Source: Tepidiformaceae bacterium (GTDB taxonomy: Bacteria > Chloroflexota > Dehalococcoidia > Tepidiformales > Tepidiformaceae). Taken from it: DNA of 64,000 nucleotides. The stretch is from assembly GCA_965203115.1 (NCBI GenBank), contig OZ241859.1, positions 817,964-881,963 on the forward strand, written 5' to 3'. Shown piece by piece: positions 56,370 through 64,000 of the stretch. A program made the position numbers and the translations under genes. Position 1 is the first letter of the stretch; the number at the start of each line of letters is the position of its first letter. The notes under the pieces were generated by a model that ran no database searches, had not been told where the DNA came from, and saw only the letters and a list, made by a program, of their open reading frames with translations.

Positions 56370-56785
56370 ACGGCTACCTTCTCGACTCGAACGTCGTCTC
56401 CGAAGCGATCAAGCCGAGGCCAGAGCCCCGCGTACTCTCCTTCCTGGCGCGTGAACCTGAGGTCTGGCTGTCAGCCGTTGTCCTGCATGAGTTGGAGTTC
56501 GGCATTCGGCGTCTGGATCCCGGCCGGCGACGCACTCGCATGCGAACCGCCCTCGATGCATACCTGGCTCGTTACGGCCACAGGCTCCTCGCTGTGGCCG
56601 ATGTAGAGGCGGTGATCGCCGCCGCCATGCGCGCTGAGGCGCAACGCGCGGGGCGGGTTCTGCACGTCGCCGATGCCCTCATCGCCGGCACTGCCCGGGC
56701 CTACGGCCTTACGGTCGTCACCCGCAACGTGACGGACTTTGAGGTTATCGACATCGACGTGCTCAACCCCTGGGATAGCCCCTGA
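56366..56785 (+). CDS. vapC: PIN-domain toxin (VapC/FitB family)
   Basis: It has a GTGA overlap with the antitoxin. Motifs include YLLDSNVVSE... and DALIAGTARAYGLTVVTRNVTDF. Confidence 0.85.
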   Translation: MNGYLLDSNVVSEAIKPRPEPRVLSFLAREPEVWLSAVVLHELEFGIRRLDPGRRRTRMRTALDAYLARYGHRLLAVADVEAVIAAAMRAEAQRAGRVLHVADALIAGTARAYGLTVVTRNVTDFEVIDIDVLNPWDSP

Positions 56786-56870
56786 CGCCCACTCCCGCGA
56801 GAGGCTGTAACGCCCTCCGGCGCTATGCTGACCGCATGGCCCCGACCCTCCTCCCCCGCGAGCCCACCCC

Positions 56871-58469
56871 GTGACCGAGCCCGGCCCCCGCCCCCGAATC
56901 CTCATCGCCGACCCCATCGCCGGCGAAGGCGTCGCGCTGCTCGAACAGGAGGCGGAGGTCGACGTCCGCACCGGCCTCTCGCCGGGCGAGTTGCGGGAAG
57001 CGCTCGCCGGCTACGAGGCCCTCGTCGTGCGCAGCGAGGCCACGGTCACGGCCGACGCCCTCTCCAACGCCGACCGCCTCCAGATCATCGCCCGAGCGGG
57101 CACCGGCGTGGACAACGTCGACCTCGAGGCCGCCACCGAGCGCGGCATCGTCGTCGTGAACGCGCCGCGCGGCAACACCATCGCCGCCGCCGAGCACGCG
57201 TTCGCCCTGCTCGTCTCCCTCGCCCGCCACATCCCCCGCGCCGACCGCTCCCTGCGCGGCGGCGAATGGCGCCGGCGCGACTTCATGGGCGCCGAGCTTC
57301 GCGGCCGCACCCTCGGCCTTGTCGGGTTCGGCCCCATCGGCTCCGAGATGGCCCGTCGCGCCCTCGCCTTCGAGATGAACGTCGTCGCCCACGACCCGTT
57401 CGTCCCGGTCGAGCGCGTCCGCGCCCTCGGCGCCGAGCCCGTCGAGATCGACCGGCTCTACGGCGAGAGCGACTTCATCAGCGTGCACACCCCCCTGACC
57501 GCCTCCACCCGCGGCATGATCGCGCGCGAGCAGTTCGCGGCCATGAAGGACGGCGTGCGCCTCGTGAACGCCGCCCGCGGCGGCATCATCGACGAGAACG
57601 ACCTGCTCGACGCCGTGCGCTCGGGGAAGGTCGCCGGCGCCGCACTCGACGTGTTCACGTCGGAGCCCCCCGGCGAGCACCCCCTCTTCGAGGAGGAGCG
57701 CATCATCGTCACCCCCCACCTCGCCGGCTCGACCGTCGAGGCCCAGGAGCGCATCGCCGTCGACATCGCCGAGCAGGTGCTCGACGTGCTCGCCGGGCGC
57801 CCGCCCCGCTACCCCGTCAACGCGCCCCTCGTGCCGCCCGAGACCCTCGAAGTCGTCGGCCCCTACATCGGCGTCGCCGAGATGCTGGGCACGGTCGCGA
57901 CCCAGCTCCTCAGCGGCCAGCTCACGACCATCGACCTCTCCTTCTTCGGGGAGATCGCCGAGCACGATGTCACGCCCCTGAAGGCGTTCGCCATCCGCGG
58001 CCTGCTCCGCCCGATCAGCGAGCAGAACGTGAACCTCGTGAACGCGACGAGCATCGCCGAGGCCCGCGGCTGGACGATCGAGGAGCGCCTCCGCGCCTCG
58101 CACGAGGAGTTCCACAACCTCATCGAGCTGCGCGTCGGGAGCAGCGAAGCGCAGGTCACCGTCAGCGGCACGGCCAGCCACTCGCGCGCCACGATCGTGC
58201 GCATCAACGACCTCGACATCGACATCGTCCCCGACCCGAGCGGCTTCCTCCTCGTCTGCGAGAACGAGGACCGGCCCGGCATGATCGGCAGCCTCGGGAC
58301 CCTGCTCGGCGCCCGGGACATCAACATCAGCGCCATGCGCGTCGGCCGCAGCAGCCCGCGCGGGCGAGCCCTCATGGTCCTCATGCTCGACGACGAGCCG
58401 GACGCCGCCGCCCTCGACATGATCGCGGCCGTGGAGGGCATCGCCAGCGCCCGCCTGGTCCGTCTCTAG
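56871..58469 (+). CDS. serA: D-3-phosphoglycerate dehydrogenase (long form with ASB and ACT domains)
   Basis: 532 aa. The NAD motif is GLVGFGPIGSEMARR, with catalytic RGG..D and H. The C-terminal region is ACT-like. Confidence 0.95.
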   Translation: MTEPGPRPRILIADPIAGEGVALLEQEAEVDVRTGLSPGELREALAGYEALVVRSEATVTADALSNADRLQIIARAGTGVDNVDLEAATERGIVVVNAPRGNTIAAAEHAFALLVSLARHIPRADRSLRGGEWRRRDFMGAELRGRTLGLVGFGPIGSEMARRALAFEMNVVAHDPFVPVERVRALGAEPVEIDRLYGESDFISVHTPLTASTRGMIAREQFAAMKDGVRLVNAARGGIIDENDLLDAVRSGKVAGAALDVFTSEPPGEHPLFEEERIIVTPHLAGSTVEAQERIAVDIAEQVLDVLAGRPPRYPVNAPLVPPETLEVVGPYIGVAEMLGTVATQLLSGQLTTIDLSFFGEIAEHDVTPLKAFAIRGLLRPISEQNVNLVNATSIAEARGWTIEERLRASHEEFHNLIELRVGSSEAQVTVSGTASHSRATIVRINDLDIDIVPDPSGFLLVCENEDRPGMIGSLGTLLGARDINISAMRVGRSSPRGRALMVLMLDDEPDAAALDMIAAVEGIASARLVRL

Positions 58470-58480
58470 CGGCCGGCCCG

Positions 58481-59038
58481 GTGCCCCTGCACATCTGCGC
58501 CCTCGACTCCACCGACGAGGAGGCCATCGCGCAGGTCGCGCGCATCGTCCTCGAGGCGTTCCGCGACCACACCCCCTCGTGGCCCGACCTCGCCAGCGCC
58601 GAGGCCGAGGTGCGCGAGTCGTTCGCCGGGGACCGCCTCAGCCGCGTCGCCCGCATTGACGGCGTCGTGGTGGGGTGGATCGGCGGCATCCGCGAGTACG
58701 ACGGCCACGCCTGGGAGCTCCACCCCCTCGCCGTCGACCCCGCCCGCCAGGGCGAGGGTATCGGCCGCGCTCTCGTGGCCGACCTTGAGCGCGAGGTCGC
58801 CTCCCGGGGCGCGATTACCCTCTACCTCGGCGCCGACGACGAGGACGGGCGCACCTCCCTCAGCGACACCGACCTCTACCCGGACCCCCTGGATCGCCTC
58901 GCGAACATCGAGAACCCGGGCCGCCATCCCTACGAGTTCTACCGCGCCTGCGGCTTCTCCCTCGTGGGCGTCATCCCCGACGCGAACGGACCGGGCAAGC
59001 CCGACATCCTCATGGCCAAGCGGGTCGGCAGGGCCTAG
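58481..59038 (+). CDS. GNAT-family N-acetyltransferase
   Basis: GTG at 58481. The acetyl-CoA motif is LAVDPARQGEGIGRALV. Confidence 0.8.
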   Translation: MPLHICALDSTDEEAIAQVARIVLEAFRDHTPSWPDLASAEAEVRESFAGDRLSRVARIDGVVVGWIGGIREYDGHAWELHPLAVDPARQGEGIGRALVADLEREVASRGAITLYLGADDEDGRTSLSDTDLYPDPLDRLANIENPGRHPYEFYRACGFSLVGVIPDANGPGKPDILMAKRVGRA

Positions 59039-60300
59039 GGCGAGAGCGGCGCGAAGACGAGCCCCGTCCCCAGCTTCGGGTAGTAGAAGGTCGACTTCTG
59101 TGGCAGCCGCTCGCCCCCGTCGGCGAGCCCGATTACCTCGCTGGCGGGCACGTGCTGCAGCAGGAACCCGACCCCTCCGCCCGCCAGCGCCTTGACGACC
59201 TCACCCACCTCATGCGTGAAGGTCACGGCCCCCGCCCGCAGTTCCTCGTCGCTGATGGCCCAGAGCGGGTCCAGCACGCCCAGGCGCAGCAGGATCGGCG
59301 CCGCCGAGACCCAGCGCGCGCTCGCACCGGCGGGCGCGAGGCCGGCAACGGCCTCCGCGCTCTTCGGGCGCAGCAGGTGGACGCTGCCGGGCACGAGCCC
59401 GACCGCCACGATCGCGTCCGGCGAGGCCGCGCGCAGCGCCTCCAGCGTCTCGGGCTCGTGGCCTGCCGCCGCCTCCTCGATGTCGAACAGCCCGGCGAGG
59501 CGCTCGCGCCAGTCCGCCGGCGCTTCCCGCGGGACGTACCGGTGCAGCGGGCGCACCACCAGCCCCTCGTCCTCGACGGGCACGACGCCCGCCAGCGCGA
59601 ACCGCGCGGGGTGGTCGCTCGCGAGCGTCCCGTCGCGCTCCGCCAGCCAGGTGCGGTACGCGAACGAGGTCTCGTAGCGGTGGTGCCCGTCGGCGATGTA
59701 GAACGCCTCGGACAGCAGCGGCGCGATCTGTCGCAGCCGCTCCCGAAAGGCGGGCAGCGCCCAGAGGCGGTGCGTGACGCCGTCGGCGGTCTCGCCGGAC
59801 ACGTCCGGCTCGCCGCCCTCCGCCGTGCTCGCGAGCAGCTCCGCCAGCTGCCCCGAGCGGTCCCGCGCCAGCATGAAGATGGGGCTGAACTGCGTGCCCG
59901 TCGCCTGCAGCAGGCGCAGGCGGTCCTCCTTCGGGGCCGACATCGTGAACTCGTGCGGCAGCACCGCCCCCGCCTCCCACGGCTGCGACTCCACCCCGCA
60001 GATCAGCGCCCGCCGCCTTCGCTCGACGCCTGCCTCCACGAATACCTGCTCGTAGACGTACAGCATCGGCTCCTCGTCGCGCTCGACGATGCCGTCCGCG
60101 ATCCACCCCTCCAGCTCGGTCGCGATTGCCGCGTACTGGTCGCCCGCCGCCTCCAGCCGCACGGCGTTGTGCGGCGAAAGCTCGGCCAGCCGCTCCCGCT
60201 CGCGCTCGCCGATCACGTCGAACGGCGGCGCCAGCAACTGGTCCAGCGATCCCGCCTTCGCCGTGTAGCGCAGCCCCCGGATCGGCATCAGTCTCGGCAT
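59035..60300 (-). CDS. DUF1015-domain protein
   Basis: 421 aa with the typical N-terminus MPIRGLRY...LLAPPFDVI. Confidence 0.85.
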   Translation of the reverse strand: MPRLMPIRGLRYTAKAGSLDQLLAPPFDVIGERERERLAELSPHNAVRLEAAGDQYAAIATELEGWIADGIVERDEEPMLYVYEQVFVEAGVERRRRALICGVESQPWEAGAVLPHEFTMSAPKEDRLRLLQATGTQFSPIFMLARDRSGQLAELLASTAEGGEPDVSGETADGVTHRLWALPAFRERLRQIAPLLSEAFYIADGHHRYETSFAYRTWLAERDGTLASDHPARFALAGVVPVEDEGLVVRPLHRYVPREAPADWRERLAGLFDIEEAAAGHEPETLEALRAASPDAIVAVGLVPGSVHLLRPKSAEAVAGLAPAGASARWVSAAPILLRLGVLDPLWAISDEELRAGAVTFTHEVGEVVKALAGGGVGFLLQHVPASEVIGLADGGERLPQKSTFYYPKLGTGLVFAPLSP

Positions 60301-60364
60301 CGTCGGTCCTCCGTGTGCGCCTTCATGTGACTACGCCCCCGCCCTGTAGAATCGGGTTCCCGCC

Positions 60365-60697
60365 ATGAAACGCGCCCCGTACTGCGTCTTCTGCAACATC
60401 GTCGCCGGAACCGAGCCCGCGAACATCATCTACGAGGACGACGAGGTCATCGTCATCCAGAACGTGCTGCGCTGGGTGCCGGTCATGCTGCTCGCGATGA
60501 CGAAGGAGCACCGCACCCAGGCCGAGCTCTGGGAGAACGGCATCGAGGCCGTGGGCCGCATCGCGCACAAGATCGGGGCGGAAGCCTGTCCCGACGGCTT
60601 CCGCCTGCTCTCCAACTTCGGCTTCGAGGCCATGCAGAGCCAGGAGCACGGGCACCTCCACATCGTCGGCGGTACGCACCTCGGGCCCTACGTCTGA
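60365..60697 (+). CDS. HIT-family (histidine triad) protein
   Basis: 110 aa with CVFCNIV and the triad HGHLHIVGG. Confidence 0.9.
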   Translation: MKRAPYCVFCNIVAGTEPANIIYEDDEVIVIQNVLRWVPVMLLAMTKEHRTQAELWENGIEAVGRIAHKIGAEACPDGFRLLSNFGFEAMQSQEHGHLHIVGGTHLGPYV

Positions 60698-61419
60698 GCC
60701 GCCCGCAGCGCCTCGCGCTGCCGCTCGAACAGCTCCATGATGCCGCCCCGGGCCAGTTCCACGAGCGCGTCCAGCGATGCCCCGTCGAACGGCTTCCCTT
60801 CGGCCGTGCCCTGCACCTCGACGAACGCGTCCGCGCCCGTCATGACCACGTTGAAGTCGACCTCCGCGGCTGAGTCCTCCTCGTAGCAGAGGTCGAGAAC
60901 CGGCGCCCCGGCGACGACTCCCGCCGAGACCGCCGCGACCTGCGTCGTGATGGTCTCGGGGGGAATGAGGTTGGCGAGCGCCAGCTTCTCCGCCGCCAGC
61001 CGCAGGGCGATGAAGCCGCCCGTCACCGAGGCCGTGCGCGTGCCGCCGTCTGCCTGCAGCACGTCGCAATCCACCGTGATCGTGCGCGGGCCGAGCAGGT
61101 CGAGGTCGACGGCGGCGCGCAGCGAGCGGCCGATCAGCCGCTGGATCTCCTGCGTGCGCCCGCCCGGACGGCCCCGCTCCACCTCCCGCTGCGTCCGCGT
61201 CGAAGTCGACCGCGGCAGCATCGAGTACTCGGCCGTCACCCAGCCGCTCTGCGTGTTCCGCAGCCAGCCCGGCTGCCGTTCGGCGACGCTCGCCGCGCAG
61301 AGCACGCGCGTCTTCCCGAAGCTGATGAGGCAGCTCCCCTCGGCGAACTCCTGGTAGCCCGTCTCGATCGTGACGGGGCGCAGTTCGTTGGCGCGGCGGC
61401 CGTCGGTTCGTGCTGGCAT
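60688..61419 (-). CDS. rph: Ribonuclease PH
   Basis: ATG at 61419 (MPARTDGRRANELRP...) with conserved RNase PH motifs (TAEYSMLP, DCDVLQADGGTRTA). Confidence 0.95.
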   Translation of the reverse strand: MPARTDGRRANELRPVTIETGYQEFAEGSCLISFGKTRVLCAASVAERQPGWLRNTQSGWVTAEYSMLPRSTSTRTQREVERGRPGGRTQEIQRLIGRSLRAAVDLDLLGPRTITVDCDVLQADGGTRTASVTGGFIALRLAAEKLALANLIPPETITTQVAAVSAGVVAGAPVLDLCYEEDSAAEVDFNVVMTGADAFVEVQGTAEGKPFDGASLDALVELARGGIMELFERQREALRAAQT

Positions 61420-61432
61420 GGGGTCAGCTACG

Positions 61433-63805
61433 CTACCCCTCGCCCTCGGCAGGCGCAAAGCTCGCCGCCCAGCGTTCGGCGCGCACCGTGATGCTCGAAC
61501 CGTCGCTCACGATCGTCACGCGACCGTGTACGTCCGTCCGCAGCACCGCCCGTCCCGCCAGGTCCAGCAGCGTCTCCGCGGTGGGGTGTCCGAAGCGGTT
61601 CCCCTCGCCCGCCGAGATGACCGTGACCCATGCCCCGGTGGAGTCGAAGAAACCCTCTGCGTTCGTGCTGGCGCCGTGGTGAGGAACCTTGAGCACGTGC
61701 GCGCCGGCTTCCCCGGCGGCGAGCAGCGCGCGCTGCCCCTCCCCATCGATGTCGCCGGTCAGCAGGATGGTCGCTTCGCCGTAGCTCACGCGCAGCACGA
61801 CCGACCACGTATTCCGCGGCCCATCGAGCGTCCCGGGCGGCGGCCAGAGCGTCTCGAACCGCACCCCGTCGACCTCGAAGGCATCGCCCCGGCGCAGGGT
61901 CTTCCGCGTGCCCGCTTCCCCGGCGTACGTCGCGAAGATGGCGGTGTCGCGAGGCTGGCCGTTGTCGTACACCTGCCCCACGTCGAAGCGCGCCAGCACC
62001 GCCGGCAGCCCGCCGACGTGATCCGCGTCGGGGTGCGTGAGCACGACCGCCGCGATCTCCCGCTGCCAGTGGGGGAGCACGTCGCCGAGCTCGCGCGTCA
62101 GCACGATGCCGCTCGGCCCGCCGTCGACCACCACCCGCTCCCCGCCCGGCGTCGTGACGAGGATGGCGTCCCCCTGCCCGACATCGAGCACGGTGACCTG
62201 GAGCTCCCCCGGCCCGCCGATGGGCCACACGCTGACCGCGACCACCGCCGCCACGAGCGCGCCCGCGCCGCCGGCCAGGGCTGCCGCGCGCACGGTTCGC
62301 GCCACCTGCGGGCGCGGCTCCGCCTCGGCCTGTCTCGGCGCGAGATAGCGGTACGCCGGCCACGCGAGCGCGCCCAGCGCCGCCGTCGCGAGGAGCGCCG
62401 CCTCCGCCCCGAAGCGGGGCACGGTCACGGCCGCGCTCGGAACGCTCGCCCCCGCCTCCGCCATCCAGATGATGAAGGCCAGCGGGTAGTAGGCGACGAG
62501 CCCGATGGCCCACCCCGCCGGCTCCCAGACCGCCCCCGCGATGGCCGCCGCGCCGCTCAGCCAGAACGCGATCGCGAACACGGGCACGGTCGGGATGTTG
62601 ACCAGCGGGCCGATTAGCGAGACCTGCCCGAACGTGACCCAGATGATGGGCAGCGCCGCGACCCACGCCGCCAGCGAGAGCGATGCCACCTCCAGCAGCA
62701 CGTTCGGGACGGCGCCGGCGGCGCCGGCTCTCGCCGCCAGCCACTCCAGCCCGTAGCGGATCCAGGGCCCGAATACGATCAGCCCGGCGGTCGAGGCCAC
62801 GCTCAGCTGGAACCCCGCCTCCAGCGCGAGCCGTGGCTGCGCCGCCGTCATCGCGATCGCCGCCGCCGCGAGCGCCGCGAGGCCGCTCCGCGGGCGCCCC
62901 AGCCAGAAGCCGGCGAGCACGATCAGCGCCATGATCCCCGCCCGCACGACCGTCTCCTCCGCCCCGGCGAGGAACACGTACAGGAGCAGCGAGGCGGCGG
63001 CGGGCAGGATCGCGCGGTTGCGCCCCACCAGCGGCGCGAACAGCAGGAACACGAGCGCCGTCACAAGCGCGATGTTCGACCCCGAGACCGCCACGAAATG
63101 CGCCAGCCCCGTCTCCCTGAACGCCTCCGTCAGCTCCCGCGGCATCGTTCCGTCGCGCCCCATCACGATGCCGCTTCCCAGCGCGGCGGCGGGCTCGGGC
63201 AGCGCCGCCTGCATCGAGCGCTCCAGCCGCAGGCGCATCTCCGCCGCGAGCGCGCGCGGGCCGGCCCGCGCCTCCCCCAGCTGCTCGACCTCCGGGAAGC
63301 TCATCGTTCCCACGATGTCCCGTCGCGCCAGAAACGCGCGGTAGTCGAACGCCTCCAGCACCGGCGGCGCCTCGAGCCGCCCCGAGAGCCGTACGGGCGC
63401 TCCGTACGCCAGATATTCCGTCTGCCGCACGGTGATCAGCGCGCGTCCGTCCGTTTCGCGCCAGACGCCCCCCGCCTCGACCCGCTCCGCCCGCACGTGG
63501 TAGCGATGCGTCGTCAGCCCGGGGTCCGGCTCGGAATCGATGCGCCCCTCGATCGTGACCTCGGCGCCGAGCGAGCGCGCGAGGTCGGGGAGCGGCCGGT
63601 CCGCCCACTCCCCGAAACGCCAGCCTCCGAGCACCGCCAGCACGGCCGCCGCCGCCAGCGCCGCCGCCGCTCCCCGTCCCCGCAGCGCCCATGCTCCCGG
63701 CACGCCGGCGGCGAACCACGCCCCCGCCACCCATACCGGCGCGCCCCAGACGCCAACGGCCGCGAAGCCGAGAAGCCAGGCGGCCGCCAGGAGGGGAAGG
63801 GTCAC
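61433..63805 (-). CDS. comEC: ComEC/Rec2-family DNA internalization protein (with C-terminal MBL domain)
   Basis: 790 aa with a GTG start. It has a polytopic competence domain and an MBL domain (VLDVGQGDAILV...THPDADHVGG). Confidence 0.85.
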   Translation of the reverse strand: MTLPLLAAAWLLGFAAVGVWGAPVWVAGAWFAAGVPGAWALRGRGAAAALAAAAVLAVLGGWRFGEWADRPLPDLARSLGAEVTIEGRIDSEPDPGLTTHRYHVRAERVEAGGVWRETDGRALITVRQTEYLAYGAPVRLSGRLEAPPVLEAFDYRAFLARRDIVGTMSFPEVEQLGEARAGPRALAAEMRLRLERSMQAALPEPAAALGSGIVMGRDGTMPRELTEAFRETGLAHFVAVSGSNIALVTALVFLLFAPLVGRNRAILPAAASLLLYVFLAGAEETVVRAGIMALIVLAGFWLGRPRSGLAALAAAAIAMTAAQPRLALEAGFQLSVASTAGLIVFGPWIRYGLEWLAARAGAAGAVPNVLLEVASLSLAAWVAALPIIWVTFGQVSLIGPLVNIPTVPVFAIAFWLSGAAAIAGAVWEPAGWAIGLVAYYPLAFIIWMAEAGASVPSAAVTVPRFGAEAALLATAALGALAWPAYRYLAPRQAEAEPRPQVARTVRAAALAGGAGALVAAVVAVSVWPIGGPGELQVTVLDVGQGDAILVTTPGGERVVVDGGPSGIVLTRELGDVLPHWQREIAAVVLTHPDADHVGGLPAVLARFDVGQVYDNGQPRDTAIFATYAGEAGTRKTLRRGDAFEVDGVRFETLWPPPGTLDGPRNTWSVVLRVSYGEATILLTGDIDGEGQRALLAAGEAGAHVLKVPHHGASTNAEGFFDSTGAWVTVISAGEGNRFGHPTAETLLDLAGRAVLRTDVHGRVTIVSDGSSITVRAERWAASFAPAEGEG

Positions 63806-63830
63806 GGTGAAGCGGGGTTACGCGGCGGGG

Positions 63831-64000
63831 TCAGGCGACGAAGCGGTAGCCCTTGCCCCGGATCGTCTCGAGCTGCTCGTCGCTGCCGAGCACGGCGCGC
63901 ATCTTGCGGCGCAGGTTGCTCACGTGCGCCCGCACGAGGGTGTTCGCGCCGGCGTCGTCGTGGTACTGCCAGACCTCGGCCAGCAGGGTGCGGGGGTGCA
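63831..64000 (-). CDS. OmpR/PhoB-family response regulator, C-terminal part only (truncated by window end)
   Basis: The minus-strand translation is ...EVWQYHDDAGANTLVRAHVSNLRRKMRAVLGSDEQLETIRGKGYRFVA(stop), a canonical winged-helix C-terminus. Confidence 0.6.
   Translation of the reverse strand, partial: HPRTLLAEVWQYHDDAGANTLVRAHVSNLRRKMRAVLGSDEQLETIRGKGYRFVA

Overview
This is a very GC-rich bacterial chromosomal window, densely coded on both strands. Gene content fits a high-GC monoderm-type lineage, possibly Chloroflexota/Thermomicrobia-like or Actinomycetota. That placement is inference only. Many long alternate-frame ORFs in the track are GC-composition artefacts; calls below follow the frame with recognisable protein families and G/C-rich third codon positions.

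Layout:
- 1-15.3 kb: lipid/CoA-type metabolism (SDR, DUF35 + thiolase, acyl-CoA dehydrogenase-like, CaiB-type CoA transferase), two solo HicB-like antitoxins, an odd 11-residue-repeat protein, and a TPP-riboswitch-controlled thiamine-precursor ABC operon.
- 15.37-15.71 kb: three tRNAs (Arg, Leu, Val).
- 15.7-26.3 kb: an accessory island starting at tRNA-Val. It holds a recombinase remnant, secreted or surface repeat proteins, a single-polypeptide GAF-PAS-HK-REC-wHTH regulator, gene fragments, and three copies of a conserved noncoding module.
- 26.3-31.4 kb: MarR, a cobalamin-riboswitch-controlled BtuFCD-like operon, VapBC, and tRNA-Leu.
- 31.4-40.8 kb: MBL hydrolase, MoxR-DUF58-DUF4129 operon, comB-like, murI, pyrF, MFS, bifunctional nuclease.
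- 40.9-49.6 kb: F1Fo ATP synthase operon. It has an enlarged a-subunit, and two unrelated genes sit between atpG and atpD.
- 49.7-64 kb: murA, mreB, rex, selA, serine-pathway genes split by a second VapBC, DUF1015, HIT, rph, comEC, and a partial response regulator.

The most interesting signal is the island. Its repeated intergenic module carries 11-bp-phased GATGAA repeats over a putative promoter, next to the fused kinase/regulator.
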